Source: Myxococcota bacterium (GTDB lineage Bacteria > Myxococcota_A > UBA9160 > UBA6930). From it: a DNA stretch of 64,000 nt. How positions within the stretch are numbered: the stretch's first letter is position 1; each line of letters opens with the position of its first letter. The notes below the pieces were generated by a model. That model did not search any database and had not been told where the DNA came from. It was given only the letters and a program-made list of their open reading frames with translations. The translations under genes and the position numbers were made by a program. The stretch lies in the NCBI GenBank assembly GCA_965223415.1, contig OZ245002.1, forward strand, positions 736,001 through 800,000, given 5' to 3'. Shown here piece by piece: positions 56,591 to 64,000 of this stretch.

Positions 56591-59454
56591 AGGCCCTGGA
56601 AGGCGGCTTCGAGGATGGCCGCCTGCTCGGCCCGGTGGACGCGACCGGAGCCGGTGGCCGGGCTCGCGTGGGAGGGACGACCGGCGTAGCCGAGCTTCGA
56701 GAGGGTGCGCAGCTGGCCCTGCAGCCGCTCGCGCACGAAGGTCCAGGGGCCCATGTTGGCCGGCTCTTCCTGGACCCAGAAGACGCCCTCCGCGCGGGAG
56801 TAGCGCTCCATGATCCGGTCGATGATCTCCTCGGGCCAGGGATAGAGCTCCTCGACCCGGACGATCGCCACGTCGCCGGCGGCGTCGCCCGCCGCCACGC
56901 CGTCGCGCTTCTCGCGGTGGGCGAGCAGGTCGTAGTAGACCTTCCCGCTGCAGCACAGCACCCGGCGCACGACCGACGGGTCGAGCACCGCGGGATCGTC
57001 GAGCACCGGCTGGAAGCCGCGGTTCACGAAGTCCGCCACGTGGGAGGTGGCTCGCGGTGCGCGCAGCAGGCTCTTCGGCGTGAAGATGACCAGCGGTGCC
57101 CGGTAGGGCCGGCGCATCTGGCGGCGCAGCACGTGGAAGTACTGGGCGGGCGTCGTGCAGTTCGCGACCTGGAGGTTGTCCTCGGCGCAGAGCTGGAGGA
57201 AACGCTCCATCCTCGCACTCGAGTGCTCCGGGCCCTGCCCCTCGTAGCCGTGGGGCAGGAGCATCGCCAGCCCGCTCATGCGCTGCCACTTCACGTGGGC
57301 CGACGTGATGAACTGGTCGATGATCACCTGGGCGCCGTTGGCGAAATCGCCGAACTGGGCCTCCCACAGGGTGAGCGTGGTCGGGTCGGCCAGGCTGTAG
57401 CCGTACTCGAAGCCCAGCACCGCGGCTTCGGAGAGGTGGCTGTCGTAGACCTCGAAGCGCGCCTGGGTCTCGGAGATGTGGTCGAGGGGTGCGTACTCGA
57501 CGCCGGTCTCCTGATGGACGAGGACGGCGTGACGCTGACTGAAGGTGCCCCGGGAGCTGTCCTGGCCCGAGAGCCGCACGGGAGTCCCCTCGACGAGCAG
57601 GCTGCCGAAGGCCAGCGCCTCGCCGGTGGCCCAGTCGATGGGGGAGTCCTCGGCGACCACCTTGCGTCGCTTGTCGAGCACCGCGGCGAGCTTCTTGTGC
57701 ACCTCGAAGTCGCCCGGCACCTCGGCCAGCGCTTCCGCGATCCGGGCGAGTCGCTCGACCGGCACCGTGGTCTCGCCGTCGTCTCCCGGATCGGTCCGCA
57801 AGAAGCCCGACCAGGGCCCCCGCGGCTCGTAGGGCTCGTCCGGGCCGGGCGGCTTGGTCTTGATGATCTGCAGCGCTTGCTGGAGCTGATCGTTCAGGTC
57901 CTCTTCGATCCGCTCCACGTCCGCCTGGCTCAGGGTGCCGCCCCGCACCAGCTGCTCGGTGTAGATCGCCCGCAGCGAATCCTTGTTGCGGATCTTCCGG
58001 TAGAGGACCGGGTTCGTGAAGCTCGGCTCGTCGCCTTCGTTGTGGCCGTGGCGGCGGTAACAAAGGAGATCGATCACGACGTCGTCGCCGAAGCGCTGGC
58101 GATAGGCGAAGGCCAACTTGGTCACGTGGACCACCGCCTCCGGATCGTCGCCGTTCACGTGGAAGATCGGGATCTGGATCATCTTCGCGACATCGGTGGC
58201 GTAGAGGGTCGAGCGCGCTTCCTGGGGCGTGGTGGTGAAGCCGATCTGGTTGTTCACCACGACGTGCAGCGTCCCGCCCACCGAGTATCCGTTCAGGTGG
58301 GAGAGGTTCAGCGTCTCCGGAACCATGCCCTGGCCGGCGAAAGCGGCATCGCCGTGCAGCAGCACGGGCACCGTCTGCCAGCCCTTCTCGTCACCGCTCC
58401 GGATCTGCTTCGCGCGGGTGCGGCCCACGACGACCGGGTCGACGGCCTCGAGATGGGAGGGGTTGGCGGTGAGCGAAAGGTGGATGCGCTCGCCGGAGCG
58501 GGTGCGGCGGTCGCTCGAGTAGCCCTTGTGGTACTTGACGTCCCCGGAGCCGAAGGGCGAATCGTGCTCCTCCACGTCCTCGAACTCCGAGAACATCGCC
58601 TCGAGGCTCTTGCCCATGATGTTGGAGAGGACGTTCAGACGTCCGCGATGGGCCATGCCCAGCACGATCTCGCGGGCGCCGCGGGCCGGCGCCTCCTCGA
58701 CGACGGTGTCGAGCAGCGGGATCAGGGCCTCGGCGCCCTCGAGGGAGAAGCGCTTCTGCCCGATGAACTTGGTGTGGAGGAAGCGCTCGAAGAGCTCCGC
58801 CGCGCAGATCTTCTCCAGGATGCGCAGGCGTTCCTCGGGGAGCTGCGTGGTGTCGTTCTCGTGCTCCTCCATCTGCTGCATCAGCCACTGGCGCCGGCCG
58901 GGATCCTGGATGTGGGTGAACTCGACGCCGATCTTGCGACAGTAGGTGGAGCGCAGCCGGTCCAGGATCTGGGCGAGGGTCTGGATCGGGCCGCCGGGAA
59001 GATCGCCGGCGAAGAAGGGCTGCTCGAGGTCGTCGTCGCCCAGGCCGTAGTGGGCGGGGTCGAGCTCGGGGAAGTCAGCCGGCGCCGGGGTGAGGGGGTT
59101 CGAATCGGCGATGCGGTGGCCCCTGGCGCGGAACGCGTGGATCAGCCGCAGCACCCGGGCGTGCTTCTCGGCGACCTGGGGGCTGGCGATCGCGTGGAGC
59201 GCCTCGGTGGCCGGCGCCGGCTCGGTCCGGACGGGAGCCCGGTGCGCAGGGGGCGCTGCAGGCTCGCGGCGGGCCTTCGGCCGGTCCTCGAACAGCTCCG
59301 CCCAGCTGGCGTCGACGGACTCCGGGTCGAGGGCGTAGCGATCGCGGATCTCCGCGACGATGCCCGCGTTCACTCCGAAGCCGGCGAGGGCGGGCTTCTT
59401 CTCGCCCTCGCCGCGCGCGCTCTCTGGGCGGCCCTTGTGGCTCAAGGCGCTCAC
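56587..59454 (-). CDS. sucA: 2-oxoglutarate dehydrogenase E1 component
   Basis: KRFSLEG, GMAHRGRLN, HGDAAFAGQG, GHNEGD, WEAQFGDF, GPEHSSAR. Confidence 0.97.
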   Translation of the reverse strand: MSALSHKGRPESARGEGEKKPALAGFGVNAGIVAEIRDRYALDPESVDASWAELFEDRPKARREPAAPPAHRAPVRTEPAPATEALHAIASPQVAEKHARVLRLIHAFRARGHRIADSNPLTPAPADFPELDPAHYGLGDDDLEQPFFAGDLPGGPIQTLAQILDRLRSTYCRKIGVEFTHIQDPGRRQWLMQQMEEHENDTTQLPEERLRILEKICAAELFERFLHTKFIGQKRFSLEGAEALIPLLDTVVEEAPARGAREIVLGMAHRGRLNVLSNIMGKSLEAMFSEFEDVEEHDSPFGSGDVKYHKGYSSDRRTRSGERIHLSLTANPSHLEAVDPVVVGRTRAKQIRSGDEKGWQTVPVLLHGDAAFAGQGMVPETLNLSHLNGYSVGGTLHVVVNNQIGFTTTPQEARSTLYATDVAKMIQIPIFHVNGDDPEAVVHVTKLAFAYRQRFGDDVVIDLLCYRRHGHNEGDEPSFTNPVLYRKIRNKDSLRAIYTEQLVRGGTLSQADVERIEEDLNDQLQQALQIIKTKPPGPDEPYEPRGPWSGFLRTDPGDDGETTVPVERLARIAEALAEVPGDFEVHKKLAAVLDKRRKVVAEDSPIDWATGEALAFGSLLVEGTPVRLSGQDSSRGTFSQRHAVLVHQETGVEYAPLDHISETQARFEVYDSHLSEAAVLGFEYGYSLADPTTLTLWEAQFGDFANGAQVIIDQFITSAHVKWQRMSGLAMLLPHGYEGQGPEHSSARMERFLQLCAEDNLQVANCTTPAQYFHVLRRQMRRPYRAPLVIFTPKSLLRAPRATSHVADFVNRGFQPVLDDPAVLDPSVVRRVLCCSGKVYYDLLAHREKRDGVAAGDAAGDVAIVRVEELYPWPEEIIDRIMERYSRAEGVFWVQEEPANMGPWTFVRERLQGQLRTLSKLGYAGRPSHASPATGSGRVHRAEQAAILEAAFQGL

Positions 59455-59604
59455 GGCACCAATCCTCGCTTGCCCACTTCGCCGGCCCGGAGAGCCCCCT
59501 CGGCCCTCTCGCGACCCGACCCACGAAGCATCGGCTGGCCCCGCCCCGTCATGTAGCCCAATCGCAGCACATGACCAGTGGGATGCCCCGAGCCGGCCCT
59601 CGGT

Positions 59605-60516
59605 TCACGGCGATCCATCCCGACCGAAGCGCAGGGCCGCCTCCACGACCAGGTCCGGCCGTTCCATCGGGACCAGGTGGCCGGCGTCGACTTCCTCGAG
59701 CCGGGCCGCCGGCATCAGCTCGACCAGGGCCTGATAGAACGGGAGCGGGAAGTTGCCGAGGCGGGCCCAGAGCCAGAGGCAGGGCGTGACCGTCCGCCGC
59801 GCCAGGTCGGCGACGTCGACGTCCCGCCGCGGGCCGAAGACGGCCGCCTCCACCTCGGGCGAACACTTGAGCTCCACGCTGCCGTCAGGCAGCGCGCGCA
59901 GGCCGTCCAGGGTGTAGAGGTCCAGGGCCTCGGGCTGCCAGGCGGCGAAGAAGTCGCGCTCGGCCCACCAGGCGCGGGCCTCGGCGGCGCTGGGCCAATC
60001 CGCCCGCCGCTTGAGCGCGGTCTCGACCATGCTCTGGACGTGCTCGAGGCGCTCCGGCGGCGCGCCCCCCGGCGGCGGCGGCGTGACCGGATCGACCAGC
60101 ACGAGGCGCCGGAAGAGTGCGGGTCGGCGGGCCGCCGCGCCGAGCATCGACGTGCCGCCAAAGGAGTGGCCGATCCCGAGGGAGATCGCGTCCTGGCCAC
60201 TCTCGGCCCGTAGCGTGTCGGCGACCGCCGCCACGTCGGTGGCGAACTCGTCCCAGGCGAAGACGTCCCGGGGATCGCCGGCCGGGCGAGAAGAATCGCC
60301 GTGGCCGCGGGCGTCCATCGCCACCGGGCGGTAGCCCGCCTCCTGCAGGCCCTCTGCCACCTGCGCCCACATCCCCTTGCAGAAGCCGTTGGCGTGGTGG
60401 AGCAGCGCGATCGGGCCGTCGCCGCCCCAGTCGAGGAGCGCGATCTCGACGTCGCGCCCGGGGAGGGCGAGGCGTCGCCTCTCGGCGCGGTCCAGGAGCG
60501 CGGCGGCCGTCTGCAT
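59605..60516 (-). CDS. Alpha/beta hydrolase
   Basis: HHANG, DARGHGDS, GHSFGG, GHLVPME. Confidence 0.88.
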   Translation of the reverse strand: MQTAAALLDRAERRRLALPGRDVEIALLDWGGDGPIALLHHANGFCKGMWAQVAEGLQEAGYRPVAMDARGHGDSSRPAGDPRDVFAWDEFATDVAAVADTLRAESGQDAISLGIGHSFGGTSMLGAAARRPALFRRLVLVDPVTPPPPGGAPPERLEHVQSMVETALKRRADWPSAAEARAWWAERDFFAAWQPEALDLYTLDGLRALPDGSVELKCSPEVEAAVFGPRRDVDVADLARRTVTPCLWLWARLGNFPLPFYQALVELMPAARLEEVDAGHLVPMERPDLVVEAALRFGRDGSP

Positions 60517-60593
60517 CCGGCGGACGGTAGCCGTTTCCGCCCCGGCCGCCGGATCGCCCGCTCCCCGTGGCGAGTCGGTTACCCTGCGCGCCC

Positions 60594-61214
60594 GTGACCA
60601 CCCTCGACGACGCGCTCCGCGAGCGCATCCGCCGCCACCTCACCGACCACCGGCGCCGCAGCGAGCCTCTGGGCGAGCGCCGCCATGCGGCCGTCGCCCT
60701 GGCCCTCCTGCCCGATGAGGAGGGCCGGCCGAGCTTCGTGCTCACCCGCCGGGCCGCGCGCTTGCGCGACCACGCGGGCCAGTGGGCGCTCCCGGGCGGT
60801 CGCCTCGACGACGGCGAGTCCGTCGAAGAGGCCGCGCTCCGCGAGCTGCGAGAAGAGGTCGGCCTCCAGCTCGGCGCCGGAGCCGTGCTCGGTCTCCTCG
60901 ACGACTACCCGACCCGCAGCGGCTTCGTCATCACGCCGGTCGTCGCCTGGGCCGGCCTCCACGCCGAGCTGGTGCCGGACCCCACCGAGGTGGCGGAGGT
61001 GTACCGGGTCGCGGTGGAGCAGCTCGACGCACCGGAGGTCCCCCACCTGCGCCGAATCCCCGAGAGCGAGCGCCCGGTCATCTCGATTCCGCTGCTCGGC
61101 ACCCACATCCACGCACCCACCGCCGCCATCCTCTTCCAGCTCCGCGAGGTCGCCCTGTGGGGCCGGGGCACCCGCGTCTCCCACTTCGAGCAGCCGGTCT
61201 TCGCCTGGCGCTGA
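60594..61214 (+). CDS. Nudix hydrolase, CoA pyrophosphatase-like
   Basis: LTRRAARLRDHAGQWALPGG and AALRELREEVG. Confidence 0.9.
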   Translation: MTTLDDALRERIRRHLTDHRRRSEPLGERRHAAVALALLPDEEGRPSFVLTRRAARLRDHAGQWALPGGRLDDGESVEEAALRELREEVGLQLGAGAVLGLLDDYPTRSGFVITPVVAWAGLHAELVPDPTEVAEVYRVAVEQLDAPEVPHLRRIPESERPVISIPLLGTHIHAPTAAILFQLREVALWGRGTRVSHFEQPVFAWR

Positions 61215-61245
61215 AGGTGCGCGATCGGCCCCCTGGCCAGCGAGG

Positions 61246-62508
61246 CTAGGCGGCCCGCACGTGACCGCGGCCGATCGAGTCCAGACTGGGCGCGCCCATC
61301 TGCCTCATCGTCGTCGCGAGCTCCGCCCGCAGGATCCGTAGCACGGCTTCGACCCCCGCCTGGCCGAAGGCCGCCAGGCCCCACAGATAGGGCCGGCCGA
61401 CGCAGACCGCGGAAGCCCCGAGTGCAATCGCCTTCACGATGTCCGTTCCACGGCGGAAGCCGCTGTCGACCAGGATGGGAACGCGCCCGTCCACGGCGCG
61501 CGCGATCTCGGGCAGCACCTCGATCGTCGAGAGCCCGCTGTCCTCGGCGCGCCCGCCGTGGTTCGACACGACGATGCCGTCGACGCCATGCTCCATGCAG
61601 AGACTCGCGTCCTCGGGCGTGAGGATCCCCTTGATCCAGAGCTTCATCGACGTGCCGTCGCGGATCCGATCCACGTAGTCCCAATCGAGCACGAGCAGGT
61701 TCCGGATCCAGGCGTCGAGGTCGAGACCGACGGCGCCGCCCGCAGCGGCGATCCCTCGCAGGGCGTCGCCTCCGAGCGACGCGTGGCAGGAGCGGCACGC
61801 GGGGTTCTCGTCCCGACGGTAGCGGCGCATGCGGTCGCGATTGGCTCCGTTCGCCACGATGTCGGCCGTCAGGACCACGGCCGGGCATCCTGCTCCTTCG
61901 GCTCGCCTCAGCTGCGCGCGCGTCGCAGGCCACACGCGCGCCGTGTAGAGCTGGAACCAGGGCGCCTCGCCGCGTGCGTCGGCCACCTCCTCGATCGGGG
62001 TCGACGAGCCCGTGGACAGGATCATGCCGTGGTCGATGCGTCTCGCCGCACGTGCCACCGCGAGCTCGCCCTCGGGATGGAAGGCGCGCTGGCTCCCGCA
62101 GGGAGCCAGCAGGATCGGAGAGGAGAGCCGGGTCCCGAGGACGTCGGTGCGGGTGTCCACCTGCCGGACGTCCACCAGGCGCCGGGGCCGCAGCTGGAAG
62201 CGCTCGAACGCGGACTGGTTCGCGCGCAGCGTGGCCTCGTGCTGCACGCCCATCGACAGATACGTGTAGTGGGCCGGCGAGAGGTTGCGCTCCGCCACCG
62301 GCTCGAAGTCGAAGACGTCGATCGCCGCGCTCGCCTCCTCGATGATCTCGCGCGGCAGCGGCTCGCAGCCGGCCCCGGGCACGGGATCCAGGCCTCGCCC
62401 GATCGCCCAGAGAGGTCGAGCCGTGAGGAGGGGGCTGGCCATGAGGAAGCACAGGAACGACCGACGGCTCCGTGCGGCGGTCCCGGCGTCGAGGACTCGG
62501 TGCGACAT
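61246..62508 (-). CDS. FMN-dependent alpha-hydroxy-acid oxidase/dehydrogenase with Tat signal and CxxCH motif
   Basis: SRRSFL Tat motif; WFQLY, IKGI, SNHGGR, DSGFRRG, GRPYL; CRSCH at 61783-61797. Confidence 0.9.
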   Translation of the reverse strand: MSHRVLDAGTAARSRRSFLCFLMASPLLTARPLWAIGRGLDPVPGAGCEPLPREIIEEASAAIDVFDFEPVAERNLSPAHYTYLSMGVQHEATLRANQSAFERFQLRPRRLVDVRQVDTRTDVLGTRLSSPILLAPCGSQRAFHPEGELAVARAARRIDHGMILSTGSSTPIEEVADARGEAPWFQLYTARVWPATRAQLRRAEGAGCPAVVLTADIVANGANRDRMRRYRRDENPACRSCHASLGGDALRGIAAAGGAVGLDLDAWIRNLLVLDWDYVDRIRDGTSMKLWIKGILTPEDASLCMEHGVDGIVVSNHGGRAEDSGLSTIEVLPEIARAVDGRVPILVDSGFRRGTDIVKAIALGASAVCVGRPYLWGLAAFGQAGVEAVLRILRAELATTMRQMGAPSLDSIGRGHVRAA

Positions 62509-62520
62509 GCACGGCAGGAG

Positions 62521-62536
62521 AGCAAGCGACGTGCCA
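62521..62536 (-). promoter_or_regulatory. Sigma-54 -24/-12 promoter upstream of the FMN oxidase
   Basis: Minus strand TGGCACGTCGCTTGCT, 12 nt before ATG 62508. Confidence 0.72.
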
Positions 62537-62634
62537 GGGCCGCATCGACGTCTCGGGGCTCCTCGGGCGCGCGAGGCGCAAGGGGCGGGCGACAGGTGCA
62601 GCCGGCGTGCTGCGGCGCGTGAACGCCGCTCCCC

Positions 62635-63369
62635 TCAGCTTCTCCGCAGTCCGAGGTAGTGATCCACACCGGACACGTGGTGCTGCTCGATCCCCCAGCC
62701 CGTGCCGTCGACCAGTCGCGGAACGTCGTCCACCACGAAGTTGGTCTGGCGCCACCACGGTGATGCGATCGCGCCGTAGACCAATCGCAGGGTCACATCG
62801 CCTACGTAGTCGCCGGCTTCGAGCCGGGCCTTCTGATATTGCAGCGCGTGTTCGTCTGCGCCGACGGTGGGATCCACCGTATCGGCGATCAGCATCGCGC
62901 CGGGCGCGCATCGAGCGTGGAGCGCCCGCAGCAGCCGGCGCGTCGCCTCCCATCCACCCGCGAGCCCCAGGTTCCCGCAGAGGAGCAGGACCGCGTTCCA
63001 GTCCCGATCGCCGGGCACCTCCTCGAGGAAGTCCTGGACCCGGACCTCCTCGACGCCTCTGCGGCGACAAACCTCGACAGCACCAGGTGAGGAGTCGACT
63101 GCGACGACGTCGACCCCCCGCGTCTGGAGGTGCAACGAGGCTCGTCCCGCGCCTGTGCCGAGGTCGAGGACGGGGCCTGCCAGACCGGCCAGCGCACCTC
63201 GCTCCCATTCGCTCCAGTGGGCGGGCTGCTGGAAGAACCAGGCGGGCGACATCGCCGGCACGCTCCAGCCGTCGTCGACCTCGAGCCTCAGCTCCTCGAC
63301 CGGCCGGCCCTCGAGGTGATCGAGGAGGGCCCTACCGAACGCGTCCTGGTCGAGCGGAACGTTCGGCAC
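62635..63369 (-). CDS. Class I SAM-dependent methyltransferase
   Basis: DAFGRALLD, VLDLGTGAGR, GNLGLAG. Confidence 0.85.
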   Translation of the reverse strand: MPNVPLDQDAFGRALLDHLEGRPVEELRLEVDDGWSVPAMSPAWFFQQPAHWSEWERGALAGLAGPVLDLGTGAGRASLHLQTRGVDVVAVDSSPGAVEVCRRRGVEEVRVQDFLEEVPGDRDWNAVLLLCGNLGLAGGWEATRRLLRALHARCAPGAMLIADTVDPTVGADEHALQYQKARLEAGDYVGDVTLRLVYGAIASPWWRQTNFVVDDVPRLVDGTGWGIEQHHVSGVDHYLGLRRS

Positions 63370-63375
63370 CGGCCC

Positions 63376-63837
63376 TCACGGGTTGGAGTCGGGGATGTGG
63401 GCCACCTCGATCTTGATCCCGTCGGGATCGGCGTAGAAGGCCGCGTGGTAGCCCGGTGAGTAGCCGCGCTGCCCGGTGTAGTCCACCGGCGCATCGAGGA
63501 CGTCCGCTCCCGCCGCGACCATGGCCTCGTGGACGCGGTTCACGTCCTGCGCGCTCTCGGCATGGAAGGCCATGTGGTGCATGCCCGGAGCGTACCGGTC
63601 GTTGGGCCGGTCGCGGTTCGGCCCGGAGGAGGGCCGGACTTCGATGCCGAACGTCGCGCCCGCAGCGAGCCGCACCTGCCACGCGGCGCGGCGGGGCTTC
63701 GCCCCCTGGAAGTCCGCCATGGGGATCTCGAGGCGCTCGTAGCCGAGAGCCCGGAAGAGAGCGTCGTAGAAGGGGATCGAACGATCGGGATCGCTGATCG
63801 AGAGATCGACGTGAGTGAGGGGACCGCGAATCGGCAT
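63376..63837 (-). CDS. VOC/glyoxalase family protein
   Basis: THVDL, PGMHHMAF, DPDGIKIE. Confidence 0.9.
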   Translation of the reverse strand: MPIRGPLTHVDLSISDPDRSIPFYDALFRALGYERLEIPMADFQGAKPRRAAWQVRLAAGATFGIEVRPSSGPNRDRPNDRYAPGMHHMAFHAESAQDVNRVHEAMVAAGADVLDAPVDYTGQRGYSPGYHAAFYADPDGIKIEVAHIPDSNP

Positions 63838-63883
63838 CTCTCATCCTACACGACGGGATTTGGGACGACCGGTACCCGTTTCC

Positions 63884-64000
63884 CTACTTCCGCAGCGTCC
63901 CATCCTCCCCCAGTGTCCGGTCCCAGGCGTCGATCACCTCGGTCCGCACGTTCCAGTCGGTCCCTTCTTCTTCCCGGGTCAGGTCCGCCAGCGTCTCCTT
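63884..64000 (-). CDS. 3' end of an unidentified CDS entering from the right edge
   Basis: Open frame KETLADLTREEEGTDWNVRTEVIDAWDRTLGEDGTLRK*. Confidence 0.45.
   Translation of the reverse strand, partial: KETLADLTREEEGTDWNVRTEVIDAWDRTLGEDGTLRK

Noticed and set aside
59548..59575. GTCATGT-N14-ACATGAC upstream of sucA as a sucA RNA motif
   Set aside because: Only a 7-bp stem; I cannot match it to a known RNA family without a covariance search.
671..63844. Many long antisense or alternate-frame ORFs (e.g. 13898-16981, 45819-48554, 53353-56358, 56557-59556)
   Set aside because: They are R/P/G/A-rich shadows of well-supported genes, expected at this GC content, and carry no motifs.
1..64000. 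tRNA, rRNA, CRISPR arrays, prophage or defence systems
   Set aside because: No recognisable signatures by eye; intergenic gaps are short. Infernal or tRNAscan would be needed to exclude small RNAs.

Overview
A 64-kb, very GC-rich, gene-dense bacterial chromosomal segment with about 58 CDSs. PEP-CTERM and Cys-CTERM sorting signals, sigma-54 promoters and many lipid-metabolism genes suggest a diderm, probably Myxococcota-like; this is inference. Content is mainly lipid storage and lipid/steroid-type catabolism (WS/DGAT, PlsB, another acyltransferase, FabA, two P450s, a paired acyl-CoA dehydrogenase, a fused family III CoA-transferase, a MaoC-like protein, a PhyH-like dioxygenase). It also holds a Co-type nitrile hydratase operon, sucA-nfi, an M1 aminopeptidase, a diheme cytochrome c peroxidase and one complete IS5-family element. 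I found no rRNA, tRNA or CRISPR array. Best leads: (1) the IS sits in the loop of a perfect 26-bp REP-like hairpin; (2) a Tat-exported FMN alpha-hydroxy-acid oxidase carries a CxxCH heme-c motif; (3) near-perfect sigma-54 promoters predict almost leaderless mRNAs, and a sigma-54 activator with an unrecognised N-terminus is present; (4) a chromosomal LnuB/F-like lincosamide nucleotidyltransferase; (5) a surface protease with a CGLGxEL C-terminal sorting-like tail; (6) an MgdE-like hydroxylase/Rossmann fusion; (7) two probable CTG start codons. All calls come from motifs and my recall of the families; no database searches were run.
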